Source of the DNA: Utricularia gibba
Lineage: Eukaryota; Plantae; Magnoliophyta
Reading direction: 5' to 3'
NCBI GenBank assembly: GCA_002189035.1
Contig: NEEC01000495.1
Location: 1 to 23,937, forward strand
Length of the DNA: 23,937 bases
The number at the start of each line of letters is the position of its first letter. Position 1 is the stretch's first letter. The translations under genes were made by a program, and so were the position numbers. The notes under the pieces are model-generated. The model saw nothing but the letters and a program-made list of their open reading frames with translations, ran no database searches and was not told the origin of the DNA. Shown here piece by piece: positions 12,501 to 23,622 of the stretch.

Positions 12501-13214
12501 AGACCGAACCTTGGGTCAGAACGAAGTTCACAACGACATCACCCGCCCAAAACGACAAGCTTTTCCTTGAGAAAACCATTAGGCAGCCTATTAAAACCAA
12601 CGTTAATAAATGCATCAATTTTTTTTGCCGAGCTACAAATGACTATGGGCCCGAGCTCGACTCGACCTCCTGCTCGATACCGTTGCCCCACGAGAGTGCC
12701 TTATCAAATATAAAGCATGCGGTTGAGAAAACCATTTTGGGTGCTCATGAATCCTAACTTCAATAACTGCATCACGATTTTCGTCGAGTAGGACCCGATG
12801 TGGCAAAGGAGTCAGACCGAACCTTGGTCAGAACGAAGTTCCAAACGACATCACCCGCCCAAAAACGACAAGCTTTTCCTTGAGAAACATGTAGGCAGCC
12901 TATTAAAAACGTTAATAAATGCATCAATTTTTTTGCCGGGCTACAAATGACTCTGGCCCGAGCTCGACTCGACCTCCTGCTCGATACCGTTGCCCCACGA
13001 GAGCGCCTCCTCAAATATAAAGCATGCGGTTGAGAAAACCATTTTGGGTGCTCATGAATCCTAACTTCAATAACTGCATCACGATTTTCGTCGAGTAGGA
13101 CCCGATTGGGCAAAGGAGTCAGACCGAACCTTGGGTCAGAACGAAGTTCCATCACCCGCCAAAAACGACAAGCTTTTCCTTGAGAAAACCATTGAGGCAG
13201 CCTATAAAACCAAC

Positions 13215-13528
13215 GTTAATAAATGCATCAAGTTTTTTTGCCGAGCTACAAATGACTATGGGCCCGAGCTCGACTCGACCTCCTACTCGATACCGTTGCC
13301 CCACGAGAGCACCTTATCAAATATAAAGCATGCGGTTGAGAAAACCATTTTGGTGCTCATGAAATCCTAACTTCAATAACTGCATCACGATTTTCGTCGA
13401 GTAGGACCCGATGTGGCAAAGGAGTCAGACCGAACCTATGGTCAGAACGAAGTTCCAAAGACATCACCCGCCCAGAAACGACAAGCTTTTCCTTGAGAAA
13501 CCATGTAGGCAGCCTATTAAAACCCAAC
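13215..13528. repeat. Representative A-type monomer (314 bp)
   Basis: Diagnostic words: CAAGTTT, CCGAGCTAC, ACTATGGGCCCGAGCTC, CCTACTCG, GAGCACCTTATC, GACCCGATGTGG, ACCTATGG, CCAGAAAC, CCATGTAGG. Confidence 0.9.
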
Positions 13529-15071
13529 GTTAATAAATGCATCAATTTTTTTGCCGGGCTAAAATGACTCTGGGCGAGCCCGACTCGACCTTTGCCCGAT
13601 ACCGTGCCCCACTAGAGCGCCTCCTCAAATATAAAGCATGCGATTGAGAAAACATTTTGGGTGCTCATGAAATCCTAACTTCAATAACTGCATCACGATT
13701 TTCGTCGAGTAGGACCAGATTGGCAAAGGAGACAGACCGAACCTTGGGTCAGAACGAAGTTCACAACGACATCACCCGCCCAAAAACGACAAGCTTTTCC
13801 TTGAGAAAACGAGGCAGCCTATTAAAACCAACGTTAATAAATGCATCAAGTTTTTTGCCGAGCTACAAATGACTATGGCCCGAGCTCGACTCGACCTCCT
13901 ACTCGATACCGTTGCCCCACGAGAGCACCTTATCAAATATAAAGCATGCGGTTGAGAAAACCATTTTGGGTGCTCATGAAATCCTAACTTCAATAACTGC
14001 ATCACGATTTTCGTCGAGTAGGACCCGATGTGGCAAAGGAGTCAGACCGAACCTTGGTCAGAACGAAGTTCAAAAGACATCACCCGCCCAGAAACGACAA
14101 GCTTTTCCTTGAGAAACCATGTAGGCAGCCTATTAAAACCCAACGTTAATAAATGCATCAATTTTTTGCAGGCTAAAAATGACTCTGGGCGAGCCGACTC
14201 GACCTTTTGCCCGATACCGTCCCCACTAGAGCGCCTCCTCAACTATAAAGCATGCGATTGAAAAACATTTTGGGTGCTCATGAATCCTAACTTCAATAAC
14301 TGCATCACGATTTTCGTCGAGTAGGACCGATTTGGCAAAGGAGACAGACCGAACCTTGGGTCAGAACGAAGTTCACAACGACATCACCCGCCAAAAAACG
14401 ACAAGCTTTTCCTTGAGAAAACCATTGAGGCAGCCTATTAAAACCAACGTTAATAAATGCATCAAGTTTTTTCCGAGCTACAAATGACTATGGGCCCGAG
14501 CTCGACTCGACCTCCTTCGATACCGTTGCCCCACGAGAGCACCTTATCAAATATAAAGCATGCGGTTGAGAAAACCATTTTGGGTGCTCATGAAATCCTA
14601 ACTTCAATAACTGCATCACGATTTTCGTCGAGTAGGACCCGATGTGGCAAAGGAGTCAGACCGAACCTATGGTCAGAACGAAGTTCCAAAAGACATCACC
14701 CCCAGAAACGACAAGCTTTTCCTTGAGAAACCATGTAGGCAGCCTATTAAAACCCAACGTTAATAAATGCATCACTTTTTTTGCAGGCTAAAAATGACTC
14801 TGGGAGCGAGCCCGACTCGACCTTTTGCCCGATACCGTGCCCCACTAGAGCGCCTCCTCAACTACAAAGCATGCGATTGAGAAAACATTTTGGGTGCTCA
14901 TGAAATCCTAACTTCAATAACTGCATCACGATTTTCGTCGAGTAGGACCAGATTTGGCAAAGGAGACAGACCGAACCTTGGGTCAGAACGAAGTTCCCAA
15001 CGACATCACCCGCCCAAAAACGACAAGCTTTTCCTTGAGAAAACCATTGAGGCAGCCTATTAAAACCAACC
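13215..15071. repeat. A-B dimer higher-order repeat block (3 dimers)
   Basis: A monomers at 13215, 13833, 14449; B monomers at 13529, 14145, 14759. Confidence 0.85.
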
Positions 15072-15993
15072 GTTAATAAATGCATCAATTTTTTTTGCCG
15101 GGCTACAAATGACTATGGCCGAGCTCGACTCGACCTCCTGCTCGATACCGTTGCCCCACGAGAGTGCCTTATCAAATATAAAGCATGCGGTTGAGAAAAC
15201 CATTTTGGGTGCTCATGATATCCTAACTTCAATAACTGCATCACGATTTTCGTCGAGTAGGACCCGATGTGGCAAAGGAGTCAGACCGAACCTTGGTCAG
15301 AACGAAGTTCCAAACGACATCACCCGCCAAAAACGACAAGCTTTTCCTTGAGAAAATGTAGGCAGCCTATAAAGCCGAACGTTAATAAATGCATCAATTT
15401 TTTTTGCCGGGCTACAAATGACTCTGGGCCGAGCTCGACTCGACCTCCTGCTCGATACCGTTGCCCCACGAGAGTGCCTTATCAAATATAAAGCATGCGG
15501 TTGAGAAAACCATTTTGGGTGCTCATGATATCCTAACTTCAATAACTGCATCACGATTTTCGTCGAGTAGGACCCGATGTGGCAAAGGAGTCAGACCGAA
15601 CCTTGGTCAGAACGAAGTTCCAAAAGACATCACCCGCCCAGAAACGACAAGCTTTTCCTTGAGAAACATGTAGGCAGCCTAATAAAGCCAACGTTAATAA
15701 ATGCATCAATTTTTTGCCGCTACAAATGACTCTGGGCCGAGCTCGACTCGACCTCCTGCTCGATACCGTTGCCCACGAGAGCCCTTATCAAATATAAAGC
15801 ATGCGGTTGAGAAAACCATTTTGGGTGCTCATGAATCCTAACTTCAATAACTGCATCACGATTTTCGTCGAGTAGGACCAGATTGGCAAAGGAGACAGAC
15901 CGAACCTTGGGTCAGAACGAAGTTCACAACGACATCACCCGCCCAAAAACGACAAGCTTTTCCTTGAGAAAAGGCAGCCTATTAAAACCAACC

Positions 15994-17530
15994 GTTAATA
16001 AATGCATCAAGTTTTTTGCCGAGCTACAAATGACTATGGGCCGAGCTCGACTCGACCTCCTACTCGATACCGTTGCCCCACGAGAGCCCTTATCAAATAT
16101 AAAGCATGCGGTTGAGAAAACCATTTTGGGTGCTCATGAAATCCTAACTTCAATAACTGCATCACGATTTTCGTCGAGTAGGACCCGATGTGGCAAAGGA
16201 GTCAGACCGAACCTATGGTCAGAACGAAGTTCCAAAAGACATCACCCCAGAAACGACAAGCTTTTCCTTGAGAAACCATGTAGGCAGCCTATTAAAACCA
16301 ACGTTAATAAATGCATCACTTTTTTTGCGGCTAAAATGACTCTGGGCGAGCCGACTCGACCTTTGCCCGATACCGTGCCCCACTAGAGCGCCTCCTCAAC
16401 TACAAAGCATGCGATTGAAAACATTTTGGGTGCTCATGAAATCCTAACTTCAATAACTGCATCACGATTTTCGTCGAGTAGGACCAGATTGGCAAAGGAG
16501 ACAGACCGAACCTTGGGTCAGAACGAAGTTCACAACGACATCACCCGCCAAAAACGACAAGCTTTTCCTTGAGAAAACCATTGAGGCAGCCTATTAAAAC
16601 CAACCGTTAATAAATGCATCAAGTTTTTTGCCGAGCTACAAATGACTATGGGCCCGAGCTCGACTCGACCTCCTACTCGATACCGTTGCCCCACGAGAGC
16701 CTTATCAAATATAAAGCATGCGGTTGAGAAAACCATTTTGGGTGCTCATGAAATCCTAACTTCAATAACTGCATCACGATTTTCGTCGAGTAGGACCCGA
16801 TGTGGCAAAGGAGTCAGACCGAACCTATGGTCAGAACGAAGTTCCAAAGACATCACCCCCAGAAACGACAAGCTTTTCCTTGAGAAACCATGTAGGCAGC
16901 CTATTAAAACCCAACGTTAATAAATGCATCATTTTTTTGCAGGCTAAAATGACTCTGGAGCGAGCCGACTCGACCTTTTGCCCGATACCGTGCCCCACTA
17001 GAGCGCCTCCTCAACTACAAAGCATGCGATTGACAAAAACATTTTGGGTGCTCATGAAATCCTAACTTCAATAACTGCATCACGATTTTCGTCGAGTAGG
17101 ACCAGATTTGGCAAAGGAGACAGACCGAACCTTGGGTCAGAACGAAGTTCCCAACGACATCACCCGCCAAAAACGACAAGCTTTTCCTTGAGAAAACCAT
17201 TGAGGCAGCCTATTAAAACCAACCGTTAATAAATGCATCAATTTTTTTTGCCGAGCTACAAATGACTATGGCCCGAGCTCGACTCGACCTCCTGCTCGAT
17301 ACCGTTGCCCACGAGAGCCTTATCAAATATAAAGCATGCGGTTGAGAAAACCATTTTGGGTGCTCATGAAATCCTAACTTCAATAACTGCATCACGATTT
17401 TCGTCGAGTAGGACCCGATGTGGCAAAGGAGTCAGACCGAACCTTGGTCAGAACGAAGTTCAAACGACATCACCGCCCAAAAACGACAAGCTTTTCCTTG
17501 AGAAACAATGTAGGCGCCTATAAACCCAAC
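15994..17530. repeat. Alternating A/B block (A-B-A-B-A), preceded by a C-head/B-tail monomer
   Basis: A monomers at 15994, 16606, 17225; B monomers at 16303, 16916. Confidence 0.82.
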
Positions 17531-18106
17531 GTTAATAAATGCATCAAGTTTTTTGCCGAGCTACAAATGACTCTGGCCGAGCTCGACTCGACCTCCTGCT
17601 CGATACCGTTGCCCCACGAGAGTGCCTTATCAAATATAAAGCATGCGGTTGAGAAAACCATTTTGGGTGCTCATGAATCCTAACTTCAATAACTGCATCA
17701 CGATTTTCGTCGAGTAGGACCGATGTGGCAAAGGAGTCAGACCGAACCTTGGTCAGAACGAAGTTCGACATCACCCGCAGAAACGACAAGCTTTTCTTGA
17801 GAAACATGTAGGCAGCCTAACCAACGTTAATAATGCATCAATTTTTTGCCTACAAATGAAGCTCGACTCGACCTCCTGCTCGATACCGTTGCCCACGAGA
17901 GCGCCTGCATGCGGTTGAGAAAACCATTTTGGGTGCTCATGAAATCCTAACTTCAATAACTGCATCACGATTTTCGTCGAGTAGGACCCGATGTGGCAAA
18001 GGAGTCAGACCGAACCTTGGTCAGAACGAAGTTCCAAAGACATCACCCGCCCAGAAACGACAAGCTTTTCCTTGAGAAACCATGTAGGCAGCCTATTAAA
18101 ACCAAC

Positions 18107-19938
18107 GTTAATAAATGCATCAATTTTTTTGCGGCTAAAATGACTCTGGGAGAGCCCGACTCGACCTGCCCGATACCGTGCCCCACGAGCGCCTCCTCAA
18201 CTATAAAGCATGCGATTGACAAAACATTTTGGGTGCTCATGAAATCCTAACTTCAATAACTGCATCACGATTTTCGTCGAGTAGGACCAGATTGGCAAAG
18301 GAGACAGACCGAACCTTGGTCAGAACGAAGTTCACAACGACATCACCCGCCCAAAGACAAGCTTTTCCTTGAGAAAACCATTGAGGCAGCCTATTAAAAC
18401 CAACCGTTAATAAATGCATCAAGTTTTTTGCCGAGCTACAAATGACTATGGGCCCGAGCTCGACTCGACCTCCTACTCGATACCGTTGCCCACGAGAGCA
18501 CCTTATCAAATATAAAGCATGCGGTTGAGAAAACCATTTTGGGTGCTCATGAATCCTAACTTCAATAACTGCATCACGATTTTCGTCGAGTAGGACCCGA
18601 TGTGGCAAAGGAGTCAGACCGAACCTATGGTCAGAACGAAGTTCCAAAAGACATCACCCGCCAGAAAACGACAAGCTTTTCCTTGAGAAACCATGTAGGC
18701 AGCCTATTAAAACCAACGTTAATAAATGCATCACTTTTTTTGCGGCTAAAAATGACTCTGGGCGAGCCCGACTCGACCTTTGCCCGATACCGTGCCCCAC
18801 TAGAGCGCCTCCTCAAATACAAAGCATGCGATTGAGAAAACCATTTTGGGTGCTCATGAAATCCTAACTTCAATAACTGCATCACGATTTTCGTCGAGTA
18901 GGACCCGATTGGCAAAGGAGTCAGACCGAACCTTGGTCAGAACGAAGTTCACAACGACATCACCGCCCAAAAACGACAAGCTTTTCCTTGAGAAAACCAT
19001 TGAGGCAGCCTATTAAAACCAACGTTAATAAATGCATCAAGTTTTTTGCCGAGCTACAAATGACTATGGCCCGAGCTCGACTCGACCTCCTGCTCGATAC
19101 CGTTGCCCACGAGAGCCTTATCAAATATAAAGCATGCGGTTGAGAAAACCATTTTGGGTGCTCATGAATCCTAACTTCAATAACTGCATCACGATTTTCG
19201 TCGAGTAGGACCCGATGTGGCAAAGGAGTCAGACCGAACCTGGTCAGAACGAAGTTCCAAAAGACATCACCGCCCAGAAAACGACAAGCTTTTCCTTGAG
19301 AAACCATGTAGGCAGCCTATTAAAACCAACGTTAATAAATGCATCAATTTTTTTTGCCGGGCTAAAAATGACTCTGGGGCGAGCTCGACTCGACCTGATA
19401 CCGTGCCCCACTAGAGCGCCTCCTCAAATATAAAGCATGCGGTTGAGAAAACATTTTGGGTGCTCATGAAATCCTAACTTCAATAACTGCATCACGATTT
19501 TCGTCGAGTAGGACCAGATTTGGCAAAGGAGACAGACCGAACCTTGGGTCAGAACGAAGTTCACAACGACATCACCCGCCAAAACGACAAGCTTTTCCTT
19601 GAGAAAACCATTGAGGCAGCCTATTAAAACCAACGTTAATAAATGCATCAAGTTTTTGCCGAGCTACAAATGACTATGGGCCCGAGCTCGACTCGACCTC
19701 CTACTCGATACCGTTGCCCCACGAGAGCACCTTATCAAATATAAAGCATGCGGTTGAGAAAACCATTTTGGGTGCTCATGAAATCCTAACTTCAATAACT
19801 GCATCACGATTTTCGTCGAGTAGGACCCGATGTGGCAAAGGAGTCAGACCGAACCTTGGTCAGAACGAAGTTCCAAACGACATCACCGCCCAAAACGACA
19901 AGCTTTTCCTTGAGAAAACCATGTAGGCAAAAACCAAC
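18107..19938. repeat. B-A dimer higher-order repeat block (3 dimers)
   Basis: B monomers at 18107, 18718, 19331; A monomers at 18406, 19024, 19635. Confidence 0.85.
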
Positions 19939-20552
19939 GTTAATAAATGCATCAATTTTTTGCCGAGCTACAAATGACTATGGCCGAGCTCGACTCGACC
20001 TCCTGCTCGATACCGTTGCCCCACGAGAGCGCCTTATCAAATATAAAGCATGCGGTTGAGAAAACCATTTTGGGTGCTCATGAATCCTAACTTCAATAAC
20101 TGCATCACGATTTTCGTCGAGTAGGACCGATGTGGCAAAGGAGTCAGACCGAACCTTGGTCAGAACGAAGTTCCAAAAGACATCACCCGCCAGAAACGAC
20201 AAGCTTTTCCTTGAGAAACTATGTAGGCAGCCTAATAAAGCCAACGTTAATAAATGCATCAATTTTTTTGCCGGCTACAAATGACTCTGGGCCGAGCTCG
20301 ACTCGACCTCCTGCTCGATACCGTTGCCCACGAGAGTGCCTTATCAAATATAAAGCATGCGGTTGAGAAAACCATTTTGGGTGCTCATGAATCCTAACTT
20401 CAATAACTGCATCACGATTTTCGTCGAGTAGGACCCGATGTGGCAAAGGAGTCAGACCGAACCTTGGTCAGAACGAAGTTCAAAAGACATCACCCGCCAG
20501 AAACGACAAGCTTTTCCTTGAGAAACCATGTAGGCAGCCTATTAAAACCAAC

Positions 20553-23500
20553 GTTAATAAATGCATCAATTTTTTGGGCTAAAATGACTCTGGGAGCGAG
20601 CCGACTCGACCTTTTGCGATACCGTGCCCCACTAGAGCGCTCCTCAACTAAAGCATGCGATTGAGAAAACATTTTGGGTGCTCATGAAATCCTAACTTCA
20701 ATAACTGCATCACGATTTTCGTCGAGTAGGACCAGATTGGCAAAGGAGACAGACCGAACCTTGGGTCAGAACGAAGTTCAAACGACATCACCCGCCCAAA
20801 AAACGACAAGCTTTTCCTTGAGAAAACCATTGAGGCAGCCTATTAAAACCAACGTTAATAAATGCATCAAGTTTTTTGCCGAGCTACAAATGACTATGGG
20901 CCGAGAGCTCGACTCGACCTCCTGCTCGATACCGTTGCCCCACGAGAGCCTTATCAAATATAAAGCATGCGGTTGAGAAAACCATTTTGGGTGCTCATGA
21001 AATCCTAACTTCAATAACTGCATCACGATTTTCGTCGAGTAGGACCCGATGTGGCAAAGGAGTCAGACCGAACCTTGGTCAGAACGAAGTTCAAAAGACA
21101 TCACCCGCCAGAAACGACAAGCTTTTCCTTGAGAAACCATGTAGGCAGCCTAAAAACCAACGTTAATAAATGCATCAATTTTTTTGCGCTACAAATGACT
21201 CTGGGCGAGCCGACTCGACCTTTTGCCGATACCGTGCCCACGAGAGCGCCTCCTCAAATATAAAGCATGCGGTTGAGAAAACCATTTTGGGTGCTCATGA
21301 AATCCTAACTTCAATAACTGCATCACGATTTTCGTCGAGTAGGACCAGATTGGCAAAGGAGACAGACCGAACCTTGGGTCAGAACGAAGTTCACAACGAC
21401 ATCACCCGCCCAAAAACGACAAGCTTTTCCTTGAGAAACCATTGAGGCAGCCTATTAAAACCAACGTTAATAAATGCATCAAGTTTTTTGCCGAGCTACA
21501 AATGACTATGGGCCCGAGCTCGACTCGACCTCCTACTCGATACCGTTGCCCCACGAGAGCACCTTATCAAATATAAAGCATGCGGTTGAGAAAACCATTT
21601 TGGGTGCTCATGAATCCTAACTTCAATAACTGCATCACGATTTTCGTCGAGTAGGACCCGATGTGGCAAAGGAGTCAGACCGAACCTTGGTCAGAACGAA
21701 GTTCCAAAAGACATCACCGCCCAGAAACGACAAGCTTTTCCTTGAGAAACCATGTAGGCAGCCTATTAAAACCAACGTTAATAAATGCATCAATTTTTTT
21801 GCAGGCTACAAATGACTCTGGGAGCGAGCCCGACTCGACCTTTTGCCGATACCGTTGCCCACGAGAGCGCCTCCTCAAATATAAAGCATGCGGTTGAAAA
21901 ACATTTTGGGTGCTCATGAAATCCTAACTTCAATAACTGCATCACGATTTTCGTCGAGTAGGACCGATGGCAAAGGAGTCAGACCGAACCTTGGGTCAGA
22001 ACGAAGTTCACAACGACATCACCGCCCAAAAACGACAAGCTTTTCCTTGAGAAAACCATTGAGGCAGCCTATTAAAACCAACGTTAATAAATGCATCAAG
22101 TTTTTTGCCGAGCTACAAATGACTATGGGCCCGAGCTCGACTCGACCTCCTGCTCGATACCGTTGCCCCACGAGAGCCTTATCAAATATAAAGCATGCGG
22201 TTGAGAAAACCATTTTGGGTGCTCATGAAATCCTAACTTCAATAACTGCATCACGATTTTCGTCGAGTAGGACCCGATGTGGCAAAGGAGTCAGACCGAA
22301 CCTTGGTCAGAACGAAGTTCCAAAAGACATCACCCGCCCAGAAACGACAAGCTTTTCCTTGAGAAACCATGTAGGCAGCCTATTAAAACCAACGTTAATA
22401 AATGCATCACTTTTTTGCGGCTAAAAAATGACTCTGGGAGCGAGCCGACTCGACCTTTTGCCGATACCGTGCCCCACTAGAGCGCCTCCTCAAATACAAA
22501 GCATGCGATTGAGAAAACATTTTGGGTGCTCATGAAATCCTAACTTCAATAACTGCATCACGATTTTCGTCGAGTAGGACCAGATTGGCAAAGGAGACAG
22601 ACCGAACCTTGGGTCAGAACGAAGTTCACAACGACATCACCCGCCCAAAAACGACAAGCTTTTCCTTGAGAAAACCATTGAGGCAGCCTATTAAAACCAA
22701 CCGTTAATAAATGCATCAAGTTTTTTGCCGAGCTACAAATGACTATGGGCCCGAGCTCGACTCGACCTCCTGCTCGATACCGTTGCCCCACGAGAGCCTT
22801 ATCAAATATAAAGCATGCGGTTGAGAAAACCATTTTGGGTGCTCATGAAATCCTAACTTCAATAACTGCATCACGATTTTCGTCGAGTAGGACCCGATGT
22901 GGCAAAGGAGTCAGACCGAACCTTGGTCAGAACGAAGTTCCAAAGACATCACCCGCCCAGAAACGACAAGCTTTTCCTTGAGAAACCATGTAGGCAGCCT
23001 ATTAAAACCCAACGTTAATAAATGCATCAATTTTTTGCGGCTAAAAATGACTCTGGGAGCGAGCCGACTCGACCTTTTGCCCGATACCGTGCCCCACTAG
23101 AGCGCCTCTCAACTACAAAGCATGCGATTGAAAAACATTTTGGGTGCTCATGAAATCCTAACTTCAATAACTGCATCACGATTTTCGTCGAGTAGGACCA
23201 GATAAAGGAGTCAGACCGAACCTTGGTCAGAACGAAGTTCACAACGACATCACCCGCCAAAAAACGACAAGCTTTTCCTTGAGAAAACATTGAGGCAGCC
23301 TATTAAAACCAACGTTAATAAATGCATCAAGTTTTTTGCCGAGCTACAAATGACTATGGGCCGAGCTCGACTCGACCTCCTGCTCGATACCGTTGCCCAC
23401 GAGAGCACCTTATCAAATATAAAGCATGCGGTTGAGAAAACCATTTTGGGTGCTCATGAATCCTAACTTCAATAACTGCATCACGATTTTCGTCGAGTAG

Positions 23501-23622
23501 GACCGATGTGGCAAAGGAGTCAGACCGAACCTTGGTCAGAACGAAGTTCCAAAAGACATCACCGCCCAGAAACGACAAGCTTTTCCTTGAGAAACTATGT
23601 AGGCAGCCTAATAAAGCCGAAC
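20553..23622. repeat. Longest B-A dimer higher-order repeat block (5 dimers)
   Basis: B monomers at 20553, 21162, 21777, 22394, 23014; A monomers at 20854, 21466, 22083, 22703, 23314. The B copies at 21162 and 21777 carry only part of the B head variants. Confidence 0.85.

Noticed and set aside
196-23578. About 130 ORFs of 60-205 aa with recurring peptides such as KHAVEKTILGAHEILTSITASRFSSSRTRCGKGVRPNLG
   Set aside because: They are translations of the same repeat in different frames on both strands. Starts, ends and frames shift with every indel, and I recognise no protein domain. Recurrence reflects the DNA repeat, not coding constraint.
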